Assembly (NCBI GenBank): GCA_038204425.1
Contig: JBBRCZ010000001.1
Span: forward strand, 96,001-160,000
Length of the DNA stretch: 64,000 bases
Reading direction: 5' to 3'
Origin: Spirochaetia bacterium
GTDB lineage: Bacteria > Spirochaetota > Spirochaetia > DSM-27196 > Salinispiraceae
Under the pieces are notes generated by a model, which saw only the letters and a list, made by a program, of their open reading frames with translations, made no database searches and was not told where the DNA came from. The position numbers and the translations under genes were made by a program. Positions 48,717 to 59,383 of this stretch are shown here, piece by piece. Numbering within the stretch: the stretch's first letter is position 1; each line of letters opens with the position of its first letter.

Positions 48717-50432
48717 TTAGGTCGAACCAATGGGCTTGGCCATGCGGGTGCGTGGTGGTTCAAGTATCATATCCGCCATGGCACCACCGGCAGGTATCAT
48801 TGGAAAGACATTGTCTTCTTTGTCTACTTCTGCTTCAATGATGCAAGGCCCATCGTTGTATGCCAGAGCAGCAGCAACAACGCGCTTTACGTCTGCCGAC
48901 CTGCGAATGCGAAAACCTTTCATGCCATAGGCGTCTGCAAGCTTAACAAAGTCGGGGTTGCCAACAAGATCAACGCCTGACAGGCGATTGTCATAGAAGA
49001 GACTCTGCCACTGACGTACCATGCCTAAGTATTTGTTATTGACTACCAGTATCTTTACCGGCAATTTGTTTACAGCAGCTGTTGAGAGTTCGCATAGGGT
49101 CATTTGAAAACCACCGTCGCCTACCACGGCAATGACCGGTTTATCAGGACGTGCAAACTGGGCGCCAATTGCAGATGGAAAACCAAAGCCCATGGTGCCT
49201 GCTCCGCCGGAACTTATCCAGCCAAATCTTTCATGAACCAAGAAAAACTGGGCGGCCCACATTTGGTGCTGACCTACGTCTGTGGTGACGATTGCTTTGC
49301 CTTTGGTCTGTTGGTAAAACTCATCCATAACATGTTGGGCCGACAGTTTGCCCGTCTTTTTGTAAGCCAGCGGAAAGGATTTCTTCCAACGCTTAACTTG
49401 CTTGAGCCAGTCACTGGTATCTCCAGCTTTGGTAACCGAATACAGTTCTTCCAGTACTTTACGAGCGTCACCCAAGATGGTGCAATCCATAGCAAGAGTC
49501 TTGTCAAATTCTGCGGCATCAATGTCAATGTGAATTTTTTTGGCATCAACGCAAAACCGTTTTGGGTTGCCTACAATGCGGTCGTCCCAGCGGGATCCAA
49601 TTGAAATTATCAGGTCACAGGCATCGACGGCCATGTTGGCGTAGGCTGTTCCGTGCATGCCCAACATACCAAGCGAGAGCGGATGGTTTTCTGGAAATGA
49701 GCCCTTGCCAAGCAAGGTATTGGTAACCGGAATTTGAAGCTTTTCTACCAACGATACCAGTATGTCATTGGCTCCCGAGATTACCGCACCGTGCCCAGCC
49801 AAAATGATGGGGCGCTTGGCGTTTTCAATAAGAGTCGCCGCTTGTAGTATATCTGCCTTCTCGCCATGTTCTGGGATAGTGTAGCCTGGTAGCTGATGGG
49901 GCTCGTCCCAGTTTGGCTCAAAGCTTGCAGAACTGATGTCTTTAGGTATGTCGATAAGTACCGGACCTGGACGACCGGAGTTGGCGATAAAAAATGCTTC
50001 GCTGAATATTCTTGGAATATCATTGACGTTTTTAATAAGGTAGGAGTGTTTTACGACAGGAAAGCTAATACCGCTAACGTCAGCTTCTTGAAAAGCGTCC
50101 ATACCGAGATTCCAAGTTGTTTGTTGACCGCAAACGACTATCATCGGAACACTATCCATTTGAGCAGTGAGAATGCCCGTGATTGTGTTGACGGCGCCTG
50201 GACCGGAAGTAACGAGTACGACGCCGGTTCTACCACAGGCTCTCGCGTATCCGTCGGCCATGTGAACAGCACCTTGCTCGTGCCTGGTCAGGATAAATTT
50301 AAGAGGTGAATCATAGAGTGCGTCAAAAATAGGTATGGCTGCGCCACCTGGTAAGCCAAACACATAGTCAACTTTCTGCCTTCGAATGCTTTCTACGATA
50401 GCTTCTGCTCCGGTAATTGTCTTTTCTGGCAT
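48717..50432 (-). CDS. ilvB: Acetolactate synthase large subunit
   Basis: [24 protein letters not shown] and TPP motif GDGGFQM. Confidence 0.96.
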   Translation of the reverse strand: MPEKTITGAEAIVESIRRQKVDYVFGLPGGAAIPIFDALYDSPLKFILTRHEQGAVHMADGYARACGRTGVVLVTSGPGAVNTITGILTAQMDSVPMIVVCGQQTTWNLGMDAFQEADVSGISFPVVKHSYLIKNVNDIPRIFSEAFFIANSGRPGPVLIDIPKDISSASFEPNWDEPHQLPGYTIPEHGEKADILQAATLIENAKRPIILAGHGAVISGANDILVSLVEKLQIPVTNTLLGKGSFPENHPLSLGMLGMHGTAYANMAVDACDLIISIGSRWDDRIVGNPKRFCVDAKKIHIDIDAAEFDKTLAMDCTILGDARKVLEELYSVTKAGDTSDWLKQVKRWKKSFPLAYKKTGKLSAQHVMDEFYQQTKGKAIVTTDVGQHQMWAAQFFLVHERFGWISSGGAGTMGFGFPSAIGAQFARPDKPVIAVVGDGGFQMTLCELSTAAVNKLPVKILVVNNKYLGMVRQWQSLFYDNRLSGVDLVGNPDFVKLADAYGMKGFRIRRSADVKRVVAAALAYNDGPCIIEAEVDKEDNVFPMIPAGGAMADMILEPPRTRMAKPIGST

Positions 50433-50454
50433 GATGGCCTCCGTAATTAACTAA

Positions 50455-50483
50455 AATATAGACCGATTTGATGAATATGTCAA
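50455..50483 (-). promoter_or_regulatory. Sigma70 promoter of ilvB
   Basis: TTGACA-N17-TATATT on the minus strand. Confidence 0.7.
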
Positions 50484-50707
50484 ACACTGCTCCCAAATGT
50501 TGTGACATTCGTAGATAAAACAAGGTGGTTTTGATGTTCGTTTCAGAATTGTAATCCTTTTATGCCAAAAAATTGTTGATTATATAATAAAATATCGAAT
50601 AAAAAGATGGAAACCTTACAGTTTCTGCTAGCCGGCTAATCAAGTTTTTTCACAACTGGCCATAGTTTTTGTGGGCAGATAGTTTTTCTAAGTGTTATAG
50701 TGTGCGT

Positions 50708-52201
50708 ATGGCACAAAAAATTAGCATTGTTGGAGCAGGTTTTGGTGGTTTGGCGAGTGCTATCCTACTCGCTGCGCAGGGATGGCAGGTAACGATCTAC
50801 GAAAAAAACGATTCAGTGGGCGGCAGAGCTCGCGTGTGGAAAAAAGACGGTTACACAGTCGACATGGGACCAAGTTGGTACTTGATGCCAGAAGTCTTTG
50901 AGAACTTCTTTAGTAAGCTAAATCGCAAACGAACAGACTACTATCAACTAAATAAGCTTGATCCCTACTATCGTATTTTTTTTGCCGATGGTGACACAGT
51001 GGATATTAAGGATGACAAAGAACACAATCGGCAAGTCTTTGCTAGATTAGAACCCGGCGGTGACGTAAAACTTGATAGCTACCTATCGGAGGCATCTTAT
51101 AAATATAAAGTTGCTATGGATCAGTTTTTGTACCGGGACTACCGGTCTATATTCCAGTTTTTAAACAGAAAGCTGATTGTCGAAGGCAGCAAACTTGGAA
51201 TTTTTAAAAGCCTTGATCGATACGCTAAAAAGTTTTTTAGCTCCAAAAAGGCCAGACAAATTCTAGAATATGCCATGGTTTTTCTGGGCAACAGTCCTGA
51301 AAATGCACCGGCCCTCTATTCAATCATGAGCCATGTTGATCTAAACTTGGGTGTTTTCTTTCCACAAGGTGGCATGGCTGCTTTGGTTGCAGGCTTGGAA
51401 AAACTGGCATTGGAACTTGGTGTAGTTATTAAAACAAATCAAGCAGTCCAAGCGATTGTCTGTAAGGATGGCTTGGCACAAGCCCTTCAGATCGATGGGC
51501 AGCAGCATGCTTGCGACTACGTGCTCGCCAACGCCGACTATGCCCATGTTGAACTTGACCTTCTCGACCAAAGGCATAGGACTTTCAAAAAGAGCTTCTG
51601 GCAAAAAAAAGTCTTGGCGCCAACAATGTTTATCATCTATTTGGGACTCAACAAAAAACTAAAGTCAGTTGTTCATCACAATCTCTACTTTGCTACAGAT
51701 TGGGAAAATCATTTTGACACTATATTTAAGACAAAAATCTGGCCAGACGATCCATGTTACTACGTCAGTGTTGCGTCGTATGATGACCTATCGGTTGCGC
51801 CAAAAAACAAAGAGAATGTCTTTTTTCTGGTGCCGGTAGCGCCTGGCTTGGATGACAATGACGAGTTTAGGCAGGTCTATGCCAAAAAAATATTGGATCA
51901 CTTTGAAAAAATCAGCGGTGAGTCACTCACGGACAGCGTTGATTTTATGAGGCTCTATTCACATAGAGACTTTATTGCTGACTACAATGCTTATCAAGGA
52001 AGTGCATTGGGTCTATCGCATACTTTAATGCAGACGGCAATTTTTAGACCATCAATGCGCTCCAAAAAAGTGAAGAATTTATTTTACGCCGGTCAATACA
52101 CCCACCCAGGTGTTGGGGTTCCGATGACGTTAATAGCTGCAGATATAATTAGCGGCATTTTTTCCGATCTAAAAAGTAAATCAAAAAAGGGGATGTCCTA
52201 A
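50708..52201 (+). CDS. crtI: Phytoene desaturase
   Basis: FAD motif IVGAGFGGL, DMGPSWYLMP, and C-terminal NLFYAGQYTHPGVGVP. Confidence 0.9.
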   Translation: MAQKISIVGAGFGGLASAILLAAQGWQVTIYEKNDSVGGRARVWKKDGYTVDMGPSWYLMPEVFENFFSKLNRKRTDYYQLNKLDPYYRIFFADGDTVDIKDDKEHNRQVFARLEPGGDVKLDSYLSEASYKYKVAMDQFLYRDYRSIFQFLNRKLIVEGSKLGIFKSLDRYAKKFFSSKKARQILEYAMVFLGNSPENAPALYSIMSHVDLNLGVFFPQGGMAALVAGLEKLALELGVVIKTNQAVQAIVCKDGLAQALQIDGQQHACDYVLANADYAHVELDLLDQRHRTFKKSFWQKKVLAPTMFIIYLGLNKKLKSVVHHNLYFATDWENHFDTIFKTKIWPDDPCYYVSVASYDDLSVAPKNKENVFFLVPVAPGLDDNDEFRQVYAKKILDHFEKISGESLTDSVDFMRLYSHRDFIADYNAYQGSALGLSHTLMQTAIFRPSMRSKKVKNLFYAGQYTHPGVGVPMTLIAADIISGIFSDLKSKSKKGMS

Positions 52202-53080
52202 ATGGCAGTACACCCAGAACAAGTGGAAACCTTCAAAAAGGGTAGTACCACGTACTTCAATTCCAGTCTATTTTTTCCGCCCCATGTTCGTGACGATGTA
52301 GTTAGGCTCTATGCCTTTGTTAGAGTCGCCGACAACTTTGTCGACGCTCAACCGCAAGATAGTCAAGGATTTCTACAATTTAGAAAAAGTTGGGAATTGT
52401 CTAATCGAGGGCAGCGATCCGGAAATTTAATTATTGATGATTTTGTGGGCTTGTCAAAAGAATATGCATTTGAGGAGGCGTGGACTATTGCCTTCTTGGA
52501 TTCAATGCAAGCAGACCTTAGTATCGGGCGTTATGAAACCATAGAACAATTGCTTGCTTATATTTACGGAAGCGCGGAAGTCATAGGTTTGTACATGGCT
52601 CGCATTCTTGGCCTTTCTGAAAAAGCTGCCAGTGCAGCCTGCATGCAAGGCAGGGCCATGCAAATGATCAACTTCATTCGCGATGTATATGAGGATCATC
52701 AATTGGGGCGCTACTATTTGCCCATGAGCGAAACCACTTTAGAAGAACTTTCTCCCACCGTAGTTTTTGCAGCCCGGCAAGAGTATCAAAGATTTGTAAG
52801 GGCACAACTTGAGCGCTATCTTGACTGGCAAAGTCAAGCTGAACAAGGTTATAGCTATATTCCATGGCGTTTTTTGATTCCTGTTAAAACCGCCAGTGAT
52901 ATGTACAATTGGACTGCGCGCCGGATTGCAAAACAACCCTTGATTGCCTTTGAAACCAAAATTAAGCCCCCAAAATGGCGTATTGTCCTTCAAGTCTTAG
53001 TTAATGTGGTAATTTGTCGCTTTTTGACCAAGGCCAAGCTTGGGCCTGTAACAACTAATAGGGGGTCAATCGGTGTTTGA
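52202..53080 (+). CDS. crtB: Phytoene/squalene synthase
   Basis: LYAFVRVADNFVD, YIYGSAEVIG and QMINFIRDVYED...GRYYLP motifs. Confidence 0.88.
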   Translation: MAVHPEQVETFKKGSTTYFNSSLFFPPHVRDDVVRLYAFVRVADNFVDAQPQDSQGFLQFRKSWELSNRGQRSGNLIIDDFVGLSKEYAFEEAWTIAFLDSMQADLSIGRYETIEQLLAYIYGSAEVIGLYMARILGLSEKAASAACMQGRAMQMINFIRDVYEDHQLGRYYLPMSETTLEELSPTVVFAARQEYQRFVRAQLERYLDWQSQAEQGYSYIPWRFLIPVKTASDMYNWTARRIAKQPLIAFETKIKPPKWRIVLQVLVNVVICRFLTKAKLGPVTTNRGSIGV

Positions 53081-54146
53081 TTTACTTGCCAAAGCCAAAC
53101 CTTTGCTTAAAGAACAGTTACACGACTTTCTCTCAAAAAAAAGGCTAGAAACTGACAAGGTTGGACAATGGTCTTTGGATCTTATAGATAGACTTGAGGA
53201 CTATACGTGTCGAGGTAAAATGATTAGAGGCGCTTTGGTAGAATTTGGACATGGACTCTTTGCTAATTCGACTCAGTCCAGTAAGGACCACCTTGCCTGC
53301 TTGCAGGTTGGTGTTGCTATGGAACTGTTTCAAAGTATGTTGCTGATTCATGATGACATAATGGACCAAGATGATCAACGGCGAGGTCAGCCGTCTATTC
53401 ACGCGCAGTACCGAAATATAGAAAGTATTAAGAACTTAAGTGAATCAAACCGGCTGTCCGAGTCGATGGGGATATGCGTCGGTGATGTTGCATCATTTTT
53501 TGCTTTTGAGGTTTTGGCATCTTTGGATTTGGACCATCAACTGGTGCGAAAGCTTTTGGTATTTTGTGGAAAAGAACTGGCCTTGGTAGGTATTGCGCAA
53601 ATGAATGACGTCTACCACGGCACTGTTGCACAGGAACTCGATAAAGAAGCGATCCTGTCAATATATCGCTACAAGACTGGCCGCTACACCTTTTCTTTAC
53701 CTATGATTTGTGGCGCTATCATCGCTGGCGTATCCCAAGATGAGCGTCAACAACTTGGGAAAATAGGTGAGACAATTGGGCTCATCTTTCAGATTAAGGA
53801 CGATGAGATTGGGCTTTTTGGTGCAAGCGTAAAGATTGGCAAACGACTTGGTTCAGACATTGTTGAGAACAAAAAAACATTGCATAGACTTGCTTACAAA
53901 GTCCTGCTTGAGCAGAGTGGTTACCTGCTACCGGCATGCTTTGGAAAAAAGGATGCCAGTCAGGCAGAGCTTGACCAAGTCCTGGCGGACCTAAGGCAAC
54001 GCGGCGTCGCCAAAGAAATAGATCGGGAGCTATCACAACTATCCGTTTTGGCAAGGGCAGAGATAGACGCCCTTGAGAATGTTTCAAAGGAAAAAAAAGC
54101 TAAACTTATAGATTTACTTGACTTCAATATTTCGCGAACCAGCTAG
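53073..54146 (+). CDS. crtE: Polyprenyl (likely geranylgeranyl) diphosphate synthase
   Basis: GKMIRG, LIHDDIMD.D..RRG, YKT and FQIKDD motifs; overlaps crtB. Confidence 0.8.
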   Translation: MFDLLAKAKPLLKEQLHDFLSKKRLETDKVGQWSLDLIDRLEDYTCRGKMIRGALVEFGHGLFANSTQSSKDHLACLQVGVAMELFQSMLLIHDDIMDQDDQRRGQPSIHAQYRNIESIKNLSESNRLSESMGICVGDVASFFAFEVLASLDLDHQLVRKLLVFCGKELALVGIAQMNDVYHGTVAQELDKEAILSIYRYKTGRYTFSLPMICGAIIAGVSQDERQQLGKIGETIGLIFQIKDDEIGLFGASVKIGKRLGSDIVENKKTLHRLAYKVLLEQSGYLLPACFGKKDASQAELDQVLADLRQRGVAKEIDRELSQLSVLARAEIDALENVSKEKKAKLIDLLDFNISRTS

Positions 54147-54164
54147 CATCCCGCTATCACACAG

Positions 54165-54749
54165 TTAGTAAGCACACATGGTTTTGGCAAAGTAACTATG
54201 TATCAAGGGATTATCACCAAGCTCGGGATGGAAGGTTGCAACCAACATGTTTTTTTGCAAGGCCAGAATAGTTTGACCGTTAAACTGTGAGCATATAACA
54301 GTATCAACAGAACAAGAACGAATAATAGGTGCTCGAATAAAGACGCAGTTTAAAACACTTGTGACCTGGTGCGGTGGCAGCGATATGTCAGCTATGGCTT
54401 CAAAACTGTCGATTTGTCGGCCATAGGCGTTTCTTACAATCACAATATCCATCACATCAAGTTTTGTTTGATCAGAATTTTCTATTTCTTTGGCCAAAAG
54501 TATTGCGCCGGCGCAGGTCCCAAAGGCGGGTAGTCCCGCCAATAAAGCTTGTTTGATTGCTTCGGTTAAGCCCCGTCGGTCCATGAGCATACCAATTGTT
54601 GTGCTCTCCCCACCTGGGATAACCAAACCGCGTAGCGAACCAAGCTGGTCAAGTTCTTTAAACGGCCGAGCGTCGATTCCCAACGAAGCGAACATTGCCA
54701 GGTGCTTGTCAAAAGCGCCTTGCAACGAAAGCACCCCAATGTATGACAC
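54165..54749 (-). CDS. pdxT: Pyridoxal 5'-phosphate synthase glutaminase subunit
   Basis: GVLSLQGAF, PGGEST, GTCAG, RNAYGRQ and FHPE motifs. Confidence 0.95.
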   Translation of the reverse strand: MSYIGVLSLQGAFDKHLAMFASLGIDARPFKELDQLGSLRGLVIPGGESTTIGMLMDRRGLTEAIKQALLAGLPAFGTCAGAILLAKEIENSDQTKLDVMDIVIVRNAYGRQIDSFEAIADISLPPHQVTSVLNCVFIRAPIIRSCSVDTVICSQFNGQTILALQKNMLVATFHPELGDNPLIHSYFAKTMCAY

Positions 54750-54754
54750 TTCTC

Positions 54755-55660
54755 TTACCAGCCGCGGCTTGAAATCTTTTCTTGCTTGTCCATGGTAGAA
54801 ACGTTGATGCCGACCATAGCTTCTCCAAGATTGCGGCTAATTTCTACTAGTTTGTCAGGATTATCGTAGTGAGCAACGGCATCAACAATGGCTCTGGCTC
54901 GTTTTAGCGGATCGCCTGATTTGAATATGCCTGAGCCAACAAAAACTGCTTGCGCACCAAGCTGCATCATCAAGGCAGCGTCGGCAGGTGTTGCTACTCC
55001 ACCAGCCGAAAAATTAGGTACGGGAAGCTTGCCCGTTTTGTGAATTTCATAAACCAGATCAAATGGAGCACCAAGATTCTTGGCTTCGGTCATTAATTGT
55101 TCTTGATCCAAGGCCTGCAGGCGACGAATGCCGTCTTTTACCGCTCTCATGTGGCGAACCGCTTCTATTACGTCACCAGTCCCGGCTTCCCCTTTGGTTC
55201 TAATCATAGCCGCGCCTTCGCCAATGCGCCGGAGGGCCTCACCAAGATCACGGCATCCACAGACAAAAGGCGATTTAAACTCATGTTTCCAAATATGATA
55301 CTGGTCATCGGCTGGCGTTAAGACTTCCGACTCATCAATAAAGTCAACGCCGAGTGCTTGCAAAATCTGCGCTTCAACAAAATGCCCAATCCGCACCTTT
55401 GCCATAACGGGTATGGTGGCAACTTTCTTAATCTTTTCAATCATATCTGGATCGCTCATACGGGCTACGCCGCCTTGAGCTCTGATGTCTGCTGGCACAC
55501 GTTCCAAGGCCATCACCGCTTGGGCGCCAGCATCTTGAGCTATTTTGGCTTGTTCAGCATCGGTGACGTCCATAATAACACCACCCTTGAGCATTTCTGC
55601 CAGTCCTACCTTAGTTTTCCAGGTAGAAACTTGGCGTTCAGACCATAAGGACGTACTCAT
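54755..55660 (-). CDS. pdxS: Pyridoxal 5'-phosphate synthase lyase subunit
   Basis: [26 protein letters not shown] and [10 protein letters not shown] motifs; GAGG before ATG 55660. Confidence 0.96.
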   Translation of the reverse strand: MSTSLWSERQVSTWKTKVGLAEMLKGGVIMDVTDAEQAKIAQDAGAQAVMALERVPADIRAQGGVARMSDPDMIEKIKKVATIPVMAKVRIGHFVEAQILQALGVDFIDESEVLTPADDQYHIWKHEFKSPFVCGCRDLGEALRRIGEGAAMIRTKGEAGTGDVIEAVRHMRAVKDGIRRLQALDQEQLMTEAKNLGAPFDLVYEIHKTGKLPVPNFSAGGVATPADAALMMQLGAQAVFVGSGIFKSGDPLKRARAIVDAVAHYDNPDKLVEISRNLGEAMVGINVSTMDKQEKISSRGW

Positions 55661-55802
55661 TTGTAACCTCAATTTATATGTAAGTATGCCACTTAACTTA
55701 GTTCTTCCTGAGTGGCGATGTATTAACATAAAGGTTTTGATGGTGCAAAGTCAATTATTGTGGGTGCTTCATACAAGTTTTATCCTGTGATAAGCTGATT
55801 GC

Positions 55803-56492
55803 ATGAATTTAGTTGCGCGCAGGAAAGAAGAAGCTTGTCATGCTATCGAAAGTGCTTGCAAGAGTATCGGTCGGGACGCCTCTGAAGTGAGTATCATGGC
55901 GGTGACCAAGACTCATTCTTTAGAAACTGCACAACTGGCGATAGACGCTGGTATTTCCTTGTTGGGCGAAAACCGACTTCAAGAAGCCCAGCAGAAGTTT
56001 ACACGTCCAGAGCGCTCATTTAGTCTGACCTTAATTGGACACCTTCAAAAAAATAAAGCAAAGAAAGCTGCTCTTTTCTTTGACGCTATCCACTCTGTCG
56101 ACAGCTTGGAGTGCGCACAAATGCTAGCCAAGTCATGTGAAGAAACCAACAAAACACTTGAAATACTGCTTGAGTATAAATCAAGCCAAGATCAAAATAA
56201 GACTGGCTTTGATTCCGAAGACAGTCTCAAACGCGAGCTAGATTCGATACTAGAGCTCAAGAACCTCAAGGTCGCTGGATTGATGACAATTGGACCGCTT
56301 GGCAATGACGACTACCTTAATCGGCAGGCTTTCTCTAAGACCCGCGTCTTGTTTGAAAGCATCAAGAGTTCACACAAACTGGCCGAGTGGCAAACGCTTT
56401 CGATGGGCATGTCGGGAGATTTTGTTTCCGCTGTTGAAGAAGGATCGACCTTAGTAAGGCTCGGAACCTACTTGTTTGGATCAAGACCATGA
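55803..56492 (+). CDS. yggS: PLP homeostasis protein, YggS family
   Basis: AVTK, GENRLQE, IGHLQKNK, GLMTI and LSMGMSGD...A..EGST.VR.G motifs. Confidence 0.93.
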   Translation: MNLVARRKEEACHAIESACKSIGRDASEVSIMAVTKTHSLETAQLAIDAGISLLGENRLQEAQQKFTRPERSFSLTLIGHLQKNKAKKAALFFDAIHSVDSLECAQMLAKSCEETNKTLEILLEYKSSQDQNKTGFDSEDSLKRELDSILELKNLKVAGLMTIGPLGNDDYLNRQAFSKTRVLFESIKSSHKLAEWQTLSMGMSGDFVSAVEEGSTLVRLGTYLFGSRP

Positions 56493-57127
56493 TGTTCAAA
56501 AAGTTTGGTGTTTTTTCTCTTAGTTTGCTCTTTATTGGCCTTAAGGTCTTCTCACAGACAGGCACCAGCACAAGTTTGGCGACAGGCTCTACAAGCTCGA
56601 CTACCATCATAAGCAATACCTCGACTACGCTCGCCACAAGTATTGGAGCCCTGCTCAATCCACCACGAGCGCCTTACAACCCCGCTCCGTATAGGCAAGG
56701 TGAATTTCCAGAATGGGCAGAGGATCTGCGGCGTGCAGAGATTGTAGCGGTAGGAACAATTCCTTTTACCTTCTTGGTTTCGAGTATTTTCTTTGACACC
56801 TATAGGTATATCGATAAAGCATCCACGGGATCTGCTGATGCTTTGCAATACGCACCCTTTTTTATTGGCGTCTTTAATCCGAATGTTGCCAAATTGCCTT
56901 ATACCAGTGACGACATTGTAACTCTTTTTGTGAGTTCCATAATTTTTTCGGCAGTCTTGGCTGTAGTCGATAATCTGATCTTAAACGAACAGCGAGAGAG
57001 ATTGCGTAAAGAAGTAGCCGAAATCAAAAGAAGAGAAAACCAAGCAATGGTGGTCGTACCCGAAGAAGGCCAGAAACCGACCGAAGAACGAGCACCTAGT
57101 GGTACTCTTCAAACGACAGAACCATAA
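56489..57127 (+). CDS. Hypothetical membrane protein
   Basis: Signal-like N-terminus, Ser/Thr-rich linker, PY...EFPEWA.DLRRAEIV motif and two TM segments; overlaps yggS. Confidence 0.7.
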   Translation: MMFKKFGVFSLSLLFIGLKVFSQTGTSTSLATGSTSSTTIISNTSTTLATSIGALLNPPRAPYNPAPYRQGEFPEWAEDLRRAEIVAVGTIPFTFLVSSIFFDTYRYIDKASTGSADALQYAPFFIGVFNPNVAKLPYTSDDIVTLFVSSIIFSAVLAVVDNLILNEQRERLRKEVAEIKRRENQAMVVVPEEGQKPTEERAPSGTLQTTEP

Positions 57128-58113
57128 TGGAACTGCAGCCTAAACAGACACGCAATGATAGACCAGCGCTTAAGCGTTACGTCTTGGTAGTCGACGAATG
57201 CACTGACGGAAAGCGAATCGATCAGGCCTTGGTTGGAAGAATTGATGAGCTAAGCCGTTCACAAGTTCTCAAGCGCTTGGTTTCCGTCAAGCTTGCAGGC
57301 AAACCTGTCAAGCCATCGGCTTTGGTGCGAAGCGGTGATACCCTGGAAATAGAACTGAGCATTCCACCGCTTTCTGATTCATTGATAGCCCAAGAAATGG
57401 ATTTGGACATCATCTACCAAGACCAAGACGTTTTGGTCGTCAACAAACCCTGTGGACTGGTGGTTCATCCCGCGGCTGGCAATCGGCAAGGAACTCTTGC
57501 AAATGGTCTCTTGTTCCAGCTTAATAAGGAGCAGCAGGATGACTTTGATGACGAAACCAGGCCTGGTATCGTACATCGTTTGGACAAGGATACTTCTGGC
57601 GTCATGATAACCGCCAAAAAGCAAAAATCTCTCGAGTTTTTGTCCCAACAGTTTGCGGATCGAACTAGCCGCAAGTACTATTTAGCACTAGGCCAAGGCC
57701 GCACTTTTTTTCAAACCAATCAAATAATTGACGTCCAAGGTTTTTTGGCAAGAGATAAACAGCATAGGCAAAAATTTTGTTATGACGAAAAAATTGGTAA
57801 AGCCGCACATACGGTTTTTGTAGTATTGGCCCAGTACAAAAACAAGACGTTGTTTTTAGTAAAACCCCGTACAGGTCGAACTCATCAGATCAGAGTTCAT
57901 GCCTCCAAACTTGGCGTTCCGCTTTGTGGTGATGTGCTTTATGGCAACAAAGACAACGCCAAGCGACTAATGCTTCATGCTTGGCAACTTGTGGTCAAAC
58001 TACCAAGCGACAAACAAGAGCACGTTTTTACTGCACCAGTGCCCCAGGAATTTATTGATTTTGCTCAGTCAGCTGGTTTGTCGCAGCTAAAAGCGCCAGA
58101 AGTAGACATTTAA
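57127..58113 (+). CDS. RluA family pseudouridine synthase (RluD-like, S4 domain)
   Basis: VNKP.GLVVHP, GIVHRLDKDTSG, TGRTHQIRVH and GD.LYG motifs. Confidence 0.93.
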   Translation: MELQPKQTRNDRPALKRYVLVVDECTDGKRIDQALVGRIDELSRSQVLKRLVSVKLAGKPVKPSALVRSGDTLEIELSIPPLSDSLIAQEMDLDIIYQDQDVLVVNKPCGLVVHPAAGNRQGTLANGLLFQLNKEQQDDFDDETRPGIVHRLDKDTSGVMITAKKQKSLEFLSQQFADRTSRKYYLALGQGRTFFQTNQIIDVQGFLARDKQHRQKFCYDEKIGKAAHTVFVVLAQYKNKTLFLVKPRTGRTHQIRVHASKLGVPLCGDVLYGNKDNAKRLMLHAWQLVVKLPSDKQEHVFTAPVPQEFIDFAQSAGLSQLKAPEVDI

Positions 58114-58118
58114 ATAAG

Positions 58119-58691
58119 CTAGTAGATTTTTTGTTGTAGGTCTGGGTTGCAGCGTCTTTCTATCGAGAGCGTGCTCGGTGGTCCAAAGGCAGGTAGAACG
58201 AGGGTTGTATTTGCCAATTCAAAAAAACTCTCTTGAATACATTGGATGAGCAGAGCTCGGCCGTAACCTTGGTCAGCGTTGTGTACCATTCCAGCCGAAA
58301 AAAGCTCACCCGGAAACAAAAAATTATCGATATGAAAAGCAATTGAGTCAGGCAGATGCCCAGGAATAAAGAAGGGTCTAATTGCAAATCCTGCACAATC
58401 GAATACAGGCACACTCTTGATGTTGGTGATTGTGCAAGCATCAAGACTGTCGCTGCCTCCAAACACTTCAAAACTATAGATTCTTTCTAGCGTCCTGACG
58501 GCTTGTAGGCCAACTTTATCCACATGCGTAAAAAGCACAGCCTTTAGTTCTTTGCCCTGAGAATCAAGAATTTCAAAGAGCGGAAGATCGACCCGCTTTG
58601 GGTCTATCAAAATTGCCTCTTTTTTGTTGTCTTGACTGACGATGTATGAGTTGCTCAACGATTCAGGCGAAAAATAAATCTGAACATTCAT
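58119..58691 (-). CDS. Metallo-beta-lactamase-fold protein with degenerate metal site
   Basis: NSYIV, AILIDP, LFTH, IPGH and LFPGE layout of glyoxalase-II-like proteins. Confidence 0.75.
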   Translation of the reverse strand: MNVQIYFSPESLSNSYIVSQDNKKEAILIDPKRVDLPLFEILDSQGKELKAVLFTHVDKVGLQAVRTLERIYSFEVFGGSDSLDACTITNIKSVPVFDCAGFAIRPFFIPGHLPDSIAFHIDNFLFPGELFSAGMVHNADQGYGRALLIQCIQESFFELANTTLVLPAFGPPSTLSIERRCNPDLQQKIY

Positions 58692-59269
58692 ATAAAGAAC
58701 GCGTCCTCGGCATTGGAGTATTGAAAAGAATAGATTAGTGCATCAGCTTTGCTAAAATACACTCCTTTAAGATTGCAGTCTTCAAATAGAGTTTCCGAGA
58801 ACTCAGTAGCAATAAATCGATTGTACATTAAATCATTGCTATAGAAATGTATATTGTTTCCTGTGGCTCCGTTGAAGTTGCATTGAATAACATCTGACTC
58901 CGCAATTTTAAACTGCACCAAATGTGCGCAACCAAAAACGGATTCAATAATCTTGCAATGATCAAAATGGCCCTTTTCAAAGACAGCGTCGTCAAAAAAA
59001 ACAAAAGCGAACTGACAGTTTTTCCATGTGCAATTGGTAAAACTGGCTTGAGAAAAATCGCAGTTAACAAACACTTTACCAAAGAAATCAAAATCTTTTA
59101 TCACTAAGCCCGAAAAATTGAGGTTCTGAACTAAGTTTTCGTGCTCTAAGAAGCTGCATGCAGCAGTTTGCAATGCGTCACCTTGATGATGATGGCTAAG
59201 GCAATAGATTTCATCTTTGAATATGGTCTTTGAGCATCCTGGTTGCAAACATTGAACTCGTTTAATCAT
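58688..59269 (-). CDS. Pentapeptide-repeat protein with N-terminal Cys/His cluster
   Basis: Repeats CDFSQ ASFTN, AVFEK, CNFNG, TLFED CNLKG; N-terminal C..PGC...YC..H; start uncertain. Confidence 0.8.
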   Translation of the reverse strand: MIKRVQCLQPGCSKTIFKDEIYCLSHHHQGDALQTAACSFLEHENLVQNLNFSGLVIKDFDFFGKVFVNCDFSQASFTNCTWKNCQFAFVFFDDAVFEKGHFDHCKIIESVFGCAHLVQFKIAESDVIQCNFNGATGNNIHFYSNDLMYNRFIATEFSETLFEDCNLKGVYFSKADALIYSFQYSNAEDAFFI

Positions 59270-59383
59270 CAATCTTACCATAAGCCGATAGACAAGCTTT
59301 CGCAAGGGTATCGAGCTTTCATTGCACTATCCTTCCTACAATTACTACTTGTGATACGTCATCAAGACGGAGTACACTACGGT

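Noticed and set aside
50433..50700. Possible attenuator or T-box upstream of ilvB
   Set aside because: A consensus promoter lies ~22 nt from the ATG, and no leader ORF or terminator was found.
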